A stretch of DNA of 64,000 nucleotides from assembly GCA_016220085.1 (NCBI GenBank), contig JACRIN010000066.1:34525-98524 (forward strand), given 5' to 3'. The notes beneath the pieces were generated by a model that saw only the letters and a program-made list of their open reading frames with translations, did no database searches and was not told the origin of the DNA. The position numbers and the translations under genes are program-made. This stretch comes from Planctomycetota bacterium (GTDB taxonomy: Bacteria > Planctomycetota > UBA1135 > GCA-002686595). The stretch's first letter is position 1. Each line of letters begins with the position of its first letter. Below, one piece after another: positions 54,808 through 63,962 of this stretch.

Positions 54808-56646
54808 ATGAGCGCGGAGCGAACGACTCGGACCGGCGCGGCAGCGTTGCTCGCCCTCGCAGTCGCGCTCGCGTACGCGGCGCTGTGGCGCAATGGCTTC
54901 GTCGCGTACGACGATCCGGACTACGTCTACGAGAACGCGCGCGTGCTCGGCGGGTTGACGCCCGACAATGTGAAGTGGGCGTTCACGCACGCGCATGCGT
55001 CGAACTGGCATCCGTTGACCTGGATCGGGCACATGCTCGCCGTCGACGCGTTCGGGCTCGAGCCGCGCGGGCACCATGCGGTCAACCTCGCGCTCCACGT
55101 CGCGAACGCGTGGCTGGTGTTCGCGTTCCTGGTGCGCGTCGGAGCCTCGCATCGCGCCGCGTGGCTCGCGACCGCCGTGTTCGCGCTGCACCCGCTGCGC
55201 GTCGAGTCGGTCGCGTGGGTTTCCGAGCTCAAGGACGTGCTCGGCGCGGCCTTCGCGCTGCTCGCGCTGCACGCGTGGATGAACTGGGTCGAGCGACGCG
55301 GAGTCGCGCGCTACCTGCTGGCGCTCGCCGCGTTCGCGTGCGGGCTGCTCGCGAAGCCGACGGCGATCACGTTGCCGTGCGCGCTGCTCGTGCTCGACGT
55401 CTGGCCGCTCGCGCCCGTGCACGCGAGCGGGCGCGTGAAGTGCTGGACGTTGCTCGTCGTCGAAAAGCTGCCGCTTTTCGCGCTCGCGATCGCCGCGAGC
55501 CTCGCCACCGTGTACGCGCAGGGCGAGGGCCGAGCGCTCGGCGCCGGCGAGGACTACCCGCTCGCCGCGCGCGTCGCGAACGCGCTGCACGCGTACCGCA
55601 CCTACCTGACGCAGACGGTGTGGCCGAAGGACTTGATCGTCTTCTATCCGTGGCAAGCGCGCGGCTTTCTGGATCCGAGCGTCGTCAAGGGCGCGCTCGC
55701 GCTCGGACTGTTCACGTTCCTCGCGTGGCGCACGCGCGCTTCGCGGCCGTGGTTCCTCACCGCGTGGTTGTGGTTCCTCGGCACGCTCGTGCCGATGATC
55801 GGGGTCGTTCAAGTCGGCGCGCAGGGCCACGCGGATCGCTACACGTACCTGCCGCACGTCGGACTCGCGCTCGCGCTCGCGTTCGCGCTGGAGGAACTCG
55901 GTGCGACGCGACGCAAGCTCGCGGAGGGTCTCGCGCTCGCCGTCGCGCTCGCGCTCGGCGTCGCGACGTTCGCGCAGGTGCGCGTGTGGCGCGACGGCGA
56001 GACGCTCTTCCGGCACGCTCTCGCGCACAGCGAGAGGAACTACCCGATGCAAAACGCGCTCGCGGACGAGCTGCTCGAGTCCGAGCGCGCGGAGGAAGCG
56101 CTCGCGGTGCTCGAAGGCGGCGCAGGCACGTACCCGGGCTTCCGCAAGGGGCAGTTCAACTACATGCGGGCGCTCGCCGACGTCGGACGCCTCGACGACG
56201 CTCGCGCGGTCTGCGAGCGGTGGCAAGCGAGCGTCGGACCCGATCCCGCGTTCGAAGCGGGCCTCGCACTCGCGTGCGTGCGCTCCGGCGAACTCGAGGA
56301 AGCCGAACGCGTCGCCGCGCGCGTGTTCGCCGTCGCGCCGAACGCGATCGAGCTGCGGCGCGAGCTCGGGCTCGCGTTGCTGCTCTTCGGACGCGCGGAA
56401 GACGGCTATCAGGCGCTGCAGTTCGCGGCGACCCTCGCGCCCGACGACGCGTCGCTCGCGCGCGAGGCAACGGGAGCGCGGGAGCTCGCGCGCACGCCCG
56501 CGGAACTCGGCGAGGCCGGCGTCGAGCTCCGTCGGGCGCTCGCGTCGCGCGCAACGGCACTCGCGACGCGTCTGGACGCGCGCGGCGAAGCCGAGGCCGC
56601 CCGCGGTGTGCGCGAACGCGCGAACGCGCTCGAAATCGCACGCTGA
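54808..56646 (+). CDS. Polytopic membrane protein with C-terminal TPR repeats (PMT/TMTC-like glycosyltransferase family), 612 aa
   Basis: ATG 54808. FVAYDDPDYVYENARV...NWHPLTWIGHMLAVDAFG...HHAVNLALH...ALHPLRVESVAWVSELKDVL is typical of DUF1736/PMT_2-type TPR proteins. TPR-like C-terminal part. Confidence 0.55.
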   Translation: MSAERTTRTGAAALLALAVALAYAALWRNGFVAYDDPDYVYENARVLGGLTPDNVKWAFTHAHASNWHPLTWIGHMLAVDAFGLEPRGHHAVNLALHVANAWLVFAFLVRVGASHRAAWLATAVFALHPLRVESVAWVSELKDVLGAAFALLALHAWMNWVERRGVARYLLALAAFACGLLAKPTAITLPCALLVLDVWPLAPVHASGRVKCWTLLVVEKLPLFALAIAASLATVYAQGEGRALGAGEDYPLAARVANALHAYRTYLTQTVWPKDLIVFYPWQARGFLDPSVVKGALALGLFTFLAWRTRASRPWFLTAWLWFLGTLVPMIGVVQVGAQGHADRYTYLPHVGLALALAFALEELGATRRKLAEGLALAVALALGVATFAQVRVWRDGETLFRHALAHSERNYPMQNALADELLESERAEEALAVLEGGAGTYPGFRKGQFNYMRALADVGRLDDARAVCERWQASVGPDPAFEAGLALACVRSGELEEAERVAARVFAVAPNAIELRRELGLALLLFGRAEDGYQALQFAATLAPDDASLAREATGARELARTPAELGEAGVELRRALASRATALATRLDARGEAEAARGVRERANALEIAR

Positions 56647-56768
56647 GCGCGCGTCACGGGCGTGTCGCCGCGCGGCAAGTCCTCTGCAAGCGCTCTCGAC
56701 GCGCAGCGAGCGCGTGACACGATGGAGACGCGGCTCGGATCGAGGTCGATCCGCCGCGAAAGGCCCCG

Positions 56769-57719
56769 ATGCAACGCTCGCTCACTCGCTCGCTCCCGTT
56801 CGCCGTCGCGCTGCTCGCCGCCGTCGCGGCATGCTCGGCTCCGCGCCGGACTTCGCTCGCCGAGGACTCCGCGCCGGCCGTCGCGCGAACGTCCGAGGCC
56901 AAGGCCGCGAAAGCGGACGACGCCGACGCGCTCTTCGCCGCCGGCAAGTGGCCCGCGGCGGAAGCGGCCTTCCGCGCGCGCGTCGACGCGAACCCGAAGG
57001 ACGCGGCGGCGTGGCACAAGCTCGGCTACGCGCTGCACGTGCAAGGCAAGCTCGAGGCGGCGATCGAAGCGCACGCGCGCGCCGCGACGTTCCCGGGACA
57101 GCGCGCGGGCTCGCTCTACAACCTCGCGTGCGCGCACGCGTTGCTCGGCAAGCCGGACCAGGCCTTCGAAGCGCTCGACGGCGCGGCGACCGCGGGCTTC
57201 CGCGACGCGAACACGCTCGCGACCGACGGCGACCTTGCGAGCCTGCGCACCGATCCGCGTTGGAGCCCGCTCGCCGCGCGCGTCGCGGGTGAAGCGGGCG
57301 GCAAGCGACGCGAACTCGACTTCTGGCTCGGCGAATGGGACGTGCTCGACCCGAGCGGCAACCGCATCGGCGGCAACGTCGTCACCCGACACGAGCGCGG
57401 CAACTTGATCCACGAGCGCTGGACCGACGCCGGCGGCGGCACCGGGCAGAGCCTCAACTTCGTCGATCCGAGCGACGGCCTCTGGAAGCAGGTGTGGGTC
57501 GACGACAAGGGCGGCGTGATCCGTTACTCGGGCTCGTTGAAGGACGGCGCGCTCTGCTTCGAAGGTCTGCACGCGGTCGGACCGAGCCAAGAGCGTCCGA
57601 CGCGCTGCACGTTCACGCCGCAGTCGGACGGCTCGGTGCTGCAGCAGATCGAAGGGCTCGACGCCGCCGGGAATTGGACGGTGACGTTCCTCGGGCGCTA
57701 CGTGCGCAAGGCGAAGTGA
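56769..57719 (+). CDS. Lipoprotein with TPR-like repeats and a C-terminal beta domain (316 aa)
   Basis: Lipobox LLAAVAAC. TPR-like AWHKLGYALHVQGKLEAAIEAH and YNLACAHALLGKPDQAFEAL. Confidence 0.55.
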   Translation: MQRSLTRSLPFAVALLAAVAACSAPRRTSLAEDSAPAVARTSEAKAAKADDADALFAAGKWPAAEAAFRARVDANPKDAAAWHKLGYALHVQGKLEAAIEAHARAATFPGQRAGSLYNLACAHALLGKPDQAFEALDGAATAGFRDANTLATDGDLASLRTDPRWSPLAARVAGEAGGKRRELDFWLGEWDVLDPSGNRIGGNVVTRHERGNLIHERWTDAGGGTGQSLNFVDPSDGLWKQVWVDDKGGVIRYSGSLKDGALCFEGLHAVGPSQERPTRCTFTPQSDGSVLQQIEGLDAAGNWTVTFLGRYVRKAK

Positions 57720-57741
57720 GCCGACGCCGCGCGCGCCGCGG

Positions 57742-59904
57742 CTACTCCTTCAGCGCGGCGACGTGCGCGGCGAACTCGCGTTCGAGCGCGGCGACGTCGA
57801 CGGGCTCGAAGGCGCGCTCGACCGACTCCTCCCAGCCGACGCCGGTGCGCGACGACGCGAGCACCGCGTCGAGGATCGCCTTGCGCGCCGGCGGGCCGGT
57901 CATCAGGAAGTGGACGAACGCCCACGCCTCCGCGTAGTGCAGCTCGGCATCGCGCATGAACTCTTCGGGGTCGTAGCGCACGAACTCGGCGAGCGGGACG
58001 AGCTTCGCGTCCTCGCCTTGCAACGACGGCAAGTGCTCGGGGTGCGTCACGATCTCGCGCGACGGCCCGCGGGTGAACTCGGCGTTCTCGTAGAACTCCG
58101 CGAGCCCTTCGTGCACCCAGCGCGGCAGCTCGCCGAAGCTCTTCGCCATGAATTGGTGCAGGCCTTCGTGTCGAACGGTGCGGAGCATCTGCGCGTGGTC
58201 GGGCAGGTTCCAGATCAAGAGCTGCTTCAGCGCGAAGTGGTACATGCCCGCGGTGTTCTCGGCGCCGCTGTCGAGCGCATCGCGCACGTACCGGCGATAA
58301 CCGGCGAAGCCGGAGAACAGGAAGACGCGGAACGGCTCGGAGCGCTCCTTCGGAAGCGCGCCGAGTCGCGCTTGGAAGCGCCCGAGCGAGTTCTCGAGCA
58401 TCTCCGCGGCCTCGACGCACGTCTTGCGGTCGATGTCGGACGCGACGACGTAGTGCGCGGTCTTCACTTCGATCGGCTTCTTCCAACCGGGGCCGTTCTT
58501 CGCGCGCGAGAAGAGCGAGTTGAGCTCGTCTAGCTCGGCCGTGAAGCGCCCGAGCTCCGCGCGCGCGCGCAAGTGCGCCATGAACTCGTCGTACCTGCCG
58601 CACGAGAACTGCAGCTCGGCGAGCTCGGCCGCGGCGCGATCGTCCTCCGGATCCGCGGCGCAGACTTCGCTCCCGACGGCGAGCGCTCGGTCGTCCTTGC
58701 CGAGCCGCAGGTAGAGCCGTGCGCGCAGGCGCTTCGCCGCGACGAAGTCGGGGAACTCGGTCGACACCTGCTCGCACGCGACCAACGCGTCCTCGAGGTG
58801 GCGTCCGCGATAGTGCAGCAACGCGGTGAGCCACGTGCGCAAGCCGTCGGGCACTTCATCGGCACCGAGCTTCTCCAGCGCCTCGAACGCCTTGCGGATC
58901 TGGCCGGGCTTGGTCTCGAGCAGCTCGGCGATCTTCTTCGGGCTGAGCTTCGCCGACGGCATCGGCAAGTCGCGCGGATCGAACTCGAGCATCTTGCCGC
59001 TGCCGGAGGGTTTCGGCGCGAGCCACTCCGGCAACGGCGATTCCCGGCGCAGCTTGGATGCATGACGCTCCCACGCGGCCTGCATGTGCTCGTCGAGCTT
59101 GCCTTGCAGCCAGCCCGGCTGCGCGCGGCCCGAGATCAGCAGCTCGCCGAACGGAGTGAACCCGGCGAAGCCGATCTGGCCGAGCACGGTGCTCTTCTTC
59201 TTGCTCGTGAACAGCGGTTTGCCGTTCGAGGTCACGGTGATGCGCGTGTCCTCGACTTTGACCTTCAAGTCGAACGGCGCGTCGCCGACGCCGGGCTCGG
59301 CTTGCTGCGAATCGTCGTCGCGCCACTCGCCGTCCTCGCGGATGCGCAGCGTCGCGGGCGCATAGAGCAGGCGGCCTTTCGAACGGAACTCCGAGAAGCC
59401 GAACGCGACCGCTTGGCCGGCGCGCTCCTCCATCCCGTAGAGCAGCATCGGAACGAGCTTGTCGTCGCCGCCGGACGGGTACGACTGGCCCTTGATCTCG
59501 AGCGTGTACGCGCCCGCGAACACCACCGGGTGCAAACGGATCGCGGCGTCGCCCTTGCCGCCGACGATCTGGAAGTCGCCGAGCGTCTTCGGCGTGTAGC
59601 GCAGCTTCAGATTCGCGCCGGACTTGCTGTACGAGATCAGCTCGCCGGAGATCAGCGTCCGAGGTTCTGGCTCGACGTACGACGCGAAGAAGCTCGCCGA
59701 TTCGAGCACGTCGACCAGCTCGGGCAAGTGGAGCCAGACGTAGGGCCGACGCTCGTGCTCCGCGAGCAACGCGCGCGCGGCGCCTTCGGCTTTTTTCCAG
59801 TCGCGCTTCTCGAACGCGACGCGAGCCTCCGCGAGACCTGCGACGAAACCGGCTTCATCCTGCGGCGCAAAAAGCGCGGCGGCCAAGAGACACGCTGCGA
59901 GCAT
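57742..59904 (-). CDS. DUF1570-domain protein with TPR region (720 aa)
   Basis: ATG 59904 (MLAACLLAAALFA). C-terminal VRHEGLHQFMAKSFGELPRWVHEGLAEFYE...YAEAWAFVHFLM matches the DUF1570 pattern. Confidence 0.6.
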   Translation of the reverse strand: MLAACLLAAALFAPQDEAGFVAGLAEARVAFEKRDWKKAEGAARALLAEHERRPYVWLHLPELVDVLESASFFASYVEPEPRTLISGELISYSKSGANLKLRYTPKTLGDFQIVGGKGDAAIRLHPVVFAGAYTLEIKGQSYPSGGDDKLVPMLLYGMEERAGQAVAFGFSEFRSKGRLLYAPATLRIREDGEWRDDDSQQAEPGVGDAPFDLKVKVEDTRITVTSNGKPLFTSKKKSTVLGQIGFAGFTPFGELLISGRAQPGWLQGKLDEHMQAAWERHASKLRRESPLPEWLAPKPSGSGKMLEFDPRDLPMPSAKLSPKKIAELLETKPGQIRKAFEALEKLGADEVPDGLRTWLTALLHYRGRHLEDALVACEQVSTEFPDFVAAKRLRARLYLRLGKDDRALAVGSEVCAADPEDDRAAAELAELQFSCGRYDEFMAHLRARAELGRFTAELDELNSLFSRAKNGPGWKKPIEVKTAHYVVASDIDRKTCVEAAEMLENSLGRFQARLGALPKERSEPFRVFLFSGFAGYRRYVRDALDSGAENTAGMYHFALKQLLIWNLPDHAQMLRTVRHEGLHQFMAKSFGELPRWVHEGLAEFYENAEFTRGPSREIVTHPEHLPSLQGEDAKLVPLAEFVRYDPEEFMRDAELHYAEAWAFVHFLMTGPPARKAILDAVLASSRTGVGWEESVERAFEPVDVAALEREFAAHVAALKE

Positions 59905-59985
59905 GGGACTCTCCTCTCGCGCGCCATTCTGCGGCGCGGAGCGGAGGGTGTCCACTTACGCAGCTCTACGGAGCCCCGACGCCGA

Positions 59986-61494
59986 TCAGAGCGTCGCGTC
60001 GGTGCCGATGTCCATGTGCGCGAGGAACGACGGCTCGGTCTTGGCGGCGGCTTGGCGGCGCTTGGTGTGCGCGAAGACGTTGCCGACGTTCTTCAGGCCG
60101 AGCACGAAGTCGTCGAGCATCCCGTAGCCCGACACGACCGCGTGTTGGTACCAGAGGAACGAGAGCTGCGTCAGATCGAACACGCGGTTGCGCGGCAGCT
60201 TGATCAGCTGGCGCACCAGCTGCTCGCCGCCCGGCATGTACACCGCGATGTTGAAGAGCTTCTGGAGGTTGACGACCTGCGCGACGTCGTCGCGCTTCAT
60301 GTGGCTGTCTTGCTGGATCGACGGACCGATGTCCTTCTCGAGGTCGACGCGGCCGAGCGCGTAGTCCTCCCGCCCGAGCACCGTCGACTTGAACGCGCGA
60401 TAGATCAGCACCGTGCAGCCGTTCGGCTTGATGCGCTTGTTGACGCGCGCGGTCTCGAACATGTCTTCGAGCGTCTCCGCGGGCGAGCCCATGATGTTGT
60501 TGGTGCGGTACGTGAGCTTGTGCTTGCGCAAGAGCGGCGGGATCCCGTACACGACCTTGTCGGTGTAGCCCTTGCGGTATACGTCGACGCGCACGCGCTC
60601 GCTGCCGGATTCGAGGCCGAACTGCACCGAGACGCAGCCCGCGCGCTTCATCGCGATGATGTCGTCTTCGTTGAGGTGGTTGATGTTGATGTTGCAGGCG
60701 AAGGGCAGTCCGACGCGCTGCGGCCACTTCTCCGCGAACTCCTGCACCCAGCCGCGCTCCATGTTCAGCGCCGCGTCGCCGAAGTTCACCATCCGGAAGC
60801 CCGGGTACCGCGCGACGATGTCGTTCATCTCCTCGCAGAGGTAGTCGACCGACTTGACGCGGTTGAACTTCTCGCCCTTCTTGCCGCTGATCCACTCCTT
60901 CTTCATCAAGCCGACCGAGCAGTACGTGCAACTGTTCTGACAACCCCGGCTCGCGTGGACCTGCATCACGCGCTTGTTGCGGAGGAACGCGTACTTGTAG
61001 AAGACGTCGACATCGGGGAACGGCAGCGAGTCGAGATCGTCGATCACCTGACGGATCGGGTTCTGCACCGCCTTGCCGTCGTCGCCGAGCCAACCGACGT
61101 TCGGGATCTCGCGGATCGAGCGGCCTGCTGCCCACGCTTCGACGAGCTCCAGGATCGCGTACTCGGCTTCGCCCTTGGTCGTCGCGTCGACGACGTCGCG
61201 CTCGTGGAGCGGCTCGAGATCGTGGCTCGGGTGCGGCCCGCCCATCACGACCTTCAGGTGCGGGAGCTCCTTCTTCCAGCGCCGAATGTACGGGTACGGC
61301 CACTTCTCCTGGCCGCTGGTCGCGTAGATGCCGACGACATCGGGCTCGAAGTCGCGGACCGCCTGGTAGTAGTCGCGTTCCTCGCTCGTGATGAAGCAGT
61401 CGGTCTGGTGGCCGTGCTTCTTCAATACGGACGAGAGCACCTTCACACCCTCGAACTCGTGACAGGTCGTGAGGACGAACGCGATGCGTGCCAA
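59986..61494 (-). CDS. B12-binding radical SAM enzyme (class B), 502 aa
   Basis: GGAGAG lies 6 nt upstream of ATG 61494. N-terminal B12-binding-like Rossmann region (IAFVLTT...VVGIYATS...VVMGGPH), and the radical SAM cluster motif SRGCQNSCTYCS (CxxxCxxC). Confidence 0.8.
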   Translation of the reverse strand: MARIAFVLTTCHEFEGVKVLSSVLKKHGHQTDCFITSEERDYYQAVRDFEPDVVGIYATSGQEKWPYPYIRRWKKELPHLKVVMGGPHPSHDLEPLHERDVVDATTKGEAEYAILELVEAWAAGRSIREIPNVGWLGDDGKAVQNPIRQVIDDLDSLPFPDVDVFYKYAFLRNKRVMQVHASRGCQNSCTYCSVGLMKKEWISGKKGEKFNRVKSVDYLCEEMNDIVARYPGFRMVNFGDAALNMERGWVQEFAEKWPQRVGLPFACNININHLNEDDIIAMKRAGCVSVQFGLESGSERVRVDVYRKGYTDKVVYGIPPLLRKHKLTYRTNNIMGSPAETLEDMFETARVNKRIKPNGCTVLIYRAFKSTVLGREDYALGRVDLEKDIGPSIQQDSHMKRDDVAQVVNLQKLFNIAVYMPGGEQLVRQLIKLPRNRVFDLTQLSFLWYQHAVVSGYGMLDDFVLGLKNVGNVFAHTKRRQAAAKTEPSFLAHMDIGTDATL

Positions 61495-61946
61495 GGCGTG
61501 ACTCTCCGAAGGAGACGGGGGACGGACGAGCGACCGGACGGCGCGCGAGCGCCGAGCCTCGGGGATCGCGGGGGACGAGCGCGAGAGGTGAGCGCAAGTC
61601 TACCTGCCGCGCCGCGGCTCGGCAGGCGCCCGGCGCACGCCTCGCCGCGAATTCCGCCGCGGGAGCTTTCGCCGCGGCGAGTCGGCCCGGCGGGACCGGT
61701 TCGGCCCGCTTCCGCGCGGAAAACTGGAAGTCGCTGCAACTCCGCGGCGACTCGCGAGGCCAAGACCTGCGAAGGAACCGAGCTCCCGCGAACCATTTCC
61801 GGGTCCGTCGGCGTGTAAGGGTCCCAACCGCGCGCCGCACCCGGCGGGCGGAGCACCAGGGGGAACTTGGGAGAGTTCCGACGCGAGCGACGCGCTCGCA
61901 GCGCATGGGCGGCCGACGGATCGCACGTCGACGCTTGGACGAGAGC

Positions 61947-61976
61947 GGGGCAGAGCAGCGAAACCTGCTCTGCCCC
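61947..61976. other. Perfect 12-bp stem / 6-nt loop hairpin (ggggcagagcag-cgaaac-ctgctctgcccc) in a gene-free region
   Basis: Read directly. No adjacent T/U tract on either strand (followed by gtgtcctt). Confidence 0.6.
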
Positions 61977-62021
61977 GTGTCCTTCGCGAGCGCGCGACCG
62001 TTCGCCGTCGATCGGCCCCTG

Positions 62022-62075
62022 TCGCCCATCGCGCCCATAGCGCCCACCGCCCCCGGCGCGCCCGTCGCCCCCCTC
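62022..62075. repeat. Six tandem 9-bp units (consensus GCGCCCNNC)
   Basis: tcgcccatc gcgcccata gcgcccacc gcccccggc gcgcccgtc gcccccctc. Confidence 0.7.
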
Positions 62076-62290
62076 GATCCGGGAGCCCTCGCTTCGCCGT
62101 GCGGATCAGTCCGCGCTCCGTCGGTCGCGCGTTCGGTCAGCCCTCGATCCGCCACGCGGTCGTTGACCGCTCGACCCGTCGTGCGGATCGGCAAGCGCTC
62201 GATCCGCGGCGCGATCGGTGAGCGCACGATCCACGCCGCTGTCGGCGAGCCCTCGATCCATCGCGCGGATCGGTGGGCTCGAAAACACGG
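62074..62290. repeat. Array of about six degenerate 27-28-bp tandem units, each with an imperfect CGATCC-N6/7-GGATCG palindrome
   Basis: Unit starts (CTCGATCC-like) at 62116, 62143, 62170, 62198, 62225 and 62252, with an outlier at 62074. The best unit is ctcgatcc-atcgcgc-ggatcg at 62252. The array ends about 30 nt before ATG 62317. Confidence 0.7.
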
Positions 62291-62316
62291 ATTGGCGCCG
62301 GCGACGAACGACTGAG

Positions 62317-63297
62317 ATGTTGGCCCCCATGAGACACTCTTGCGCACCGACGACCGCGCTCGCTCGCGCCGCGCTCGCCGGATCGTTGCTCGCGAGCTGC
62401 GGTTCCGCCCGGATGTACGCCGGCGCCGAACGCTGGAGCTCCGAGGTCGCCAGCGTGCGGATGCACAACCGCATCACGTGGAACGACAAGTCGGCGATCG
62501 ATCTCGGGATCGATTCGGTCGATGGCCAGCCGACCTCGGAGGGCCAGTCGAGGCTCGCGCGGGTCGTCACGGTCGGCGTCGACGAGGTCGAGCTCGTCCC
62601 CGGCGAACGCAGGCTCGTCGTCGGCGCGTTCGACGCCATCGAGCCGAGGCTGCGGCGCTCCCTGCGCTTCACCGTCGCGCCGGGCGCGAGCTACACCCTC
62701 GAAACCCGCGCGTCCGACCGCCAACCGCCGATCGAAGTCTTCGCGTTCCGCGACGACACCCGCGAGGAGATCGCGGTGTCGTGGATCGCACCGCCCGAGA
62801 GCGCGGCATTCGGCCTCGATCCGACGCGTTGGACGGTTGCGGACTGGCGCGTCGAGGACGCGTCGCACTGGATCCGCTTCGAGCCGGCCAACCCGGGCGG
62901 CGGCGGCAACCGCAGCGGCGCGGACAGCGGAGACAGCGCCGCTCGCGAGCGGCTGCGGCTGGAGTGGAGCGAGCTCGACCGCTTCGAGAGCGCGCCGACC
63001 GCGGCGTGGTCGCACGGCGTCGACCTGCGCCGCGAGATCGAGGCCGGCTTCAACGACTTCGAATGGACCGAGCACGCGGTCGGCGACACCACCGGCGTCT
63101 ACACGTGGTCGGGCAGGCGCGAGGGACGCACGGAGCGGCTTCACGGGCTCGTCGTGCTCCGGGTTCGCGACGGCCGAACCGCGGTGCTGCGCTACACCAA
63201 CGACTCCGCCGAGCGTTTCGCGCGCGAGCAGGCGACCTGGCGCGAGTGGGGCCTCGCCGAAGGCTGGGTCCTCGCCTGGGAGGAGGCGCTGCCGTGA
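62317..63297 (+). CDS. Lipoprotein, unknown function
   Basis: ATG 62317 (or 62329). Lipobox SLLASC. GC3-rich frame. The stop overlaps the next gene's GTG. Confidence 0.6.
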   Translation: MLAPMRHSCAPTTALARAALAGSLLASCGSARMYAGAERWSSEVASVRMHNRITWNDKSAIDLGIDSVDGQPTSEGQSRLARVVTVGVDEVELVPGERRLVVGAFDAIEPRLRRSLRFTVAPGASYTLETRASDRQPPIEVFAFRDDTREEIAVSWIAPPESAAFGLDPTRWTVADWRVEDASHWIRFEPANPGGGGNRSGADSGDSAARERLRLEWSELDRFESAPTAAWSHGVDLRREIEAGFNDFEWTEHAVGDTTGVYTWSGRREGRTERLHGLVVLRVRDGRTAVLRYTNDSAERFAREQATWREWGLAEGWVLAWEEALP

Positions 63298-63962
63298 AGC
63301 ACTTCTCGAGAGGCGTCGCTCTCGCGCTCGGCCTCGTGTTCGCGTCGTCGAGCTGTCGCTCCGCCCCGCTGGAGATTCGCCTCGCCGGCGCGTTCGACGC
63401 CGGCCACTACGCCGCGCCCGACGGCTCGTGGAGCGTCCGGGTCCCGTTCGAGCGCAACCACCCGTTGATCGACGTGAAGGACGGCGCGGACGGCGCCGGC
63501 GGCTGGTTCTTGACGTGGGCGTTCGCGTTCTGGTCGCACGCGGACGTCTGGGTCGCGCCGGCGGCGTCGATCGCGGCGCTGGGCGGCATCGAAACGCTCG
63601 CCGACAACGGCGTGGCGAGCCGCGCGAAGGAGTGCAAGGCCGCCGGCCAGTCGTTCCGGGTGCTCAGCCGAAGCGAGATCGAGGTCCAAGGCCGTCGCGG
63701 CGTGCGGCATGTGTTCGAGACCGTCGAAGAGGGCGAGCGCTCGCCGCCGTTCGGCCTGAAGACCTCGACGAAGACGAGCCTGGTGATCGAGGACCTGGTC
63801 GACTGGGACGACCGCGCGATGGTGCGGTTCTCGGGAGCGCACGTTTCGCTCGACGAAGCCGATCGACCCGACGCGCGCGGAGCCTCGGCGACCGAGCGCG
63901 CCAAGTCGGCGCTGGAGAGCCTCGAGCAGTCGTTCCGGCTGCCCGCGGAACGCGCTCGCTGA
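63294..63962 (+). CDS. Lipoprotein, unknown function (222 aa)
   Basis: GTG 63294 overlaps the upstream stop (GTGA). Sequence VKHFSRGVALALGLVFASSSC (lipobox), read from the tail of track ORF 62340..63962. Confidence 0.55.
   Translation: MKHFSRGVALALGLVFASSSCRSAPLEIRLAGAFDAGHYAAPDGSWSVRVPFERNHPLIDVKDGADGAGGWFLTWAFAFWSHADVWVAPAASIAALGGIETLADNGVASRAKECKAAGQSFRVLSRSEIEVQGRRGVRHVFETVEEGERSPPFGLKTSTKTSLVIEDLVDWDDRAMVRFSGAHVSLDEADRPDARGASATERAKSALESLEQSFRLPAERAR

Noticed and set aside
61495-61900. Possible cobalamin riboswitch in the leader of the B12-binding radical SAM gene
   Set aside because: On the minus strand, GGAAGCGGGCCGAACCGGTCCCGCC and GCCGGGCGCCTGCC only loosely resemble the conserved core and the B12 box. 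Spacing and several invariant bases do not fit. B12 riboswitches usually control B12 supply genes, not B12-dependent enzymes. An Infernal scan is needed, so the riboswitch is not called.
62022-62075. Collagen-like (Gly-X-Y) coding sequence on the minus strand
   Set aside because: There are only about 6 triplets. They are embedded in a shadow ORF that runs antisense through the radical SAM leader and has no start or signal context.
62074-62290. CRISPR array interpretation of the 27-28-bp repeats (and of the 17-bp repeats at 15414..15501)
   Set aside because: The units are contiguous with no unique spacers between them, and they are degenerate. No cas genes occur in the window.
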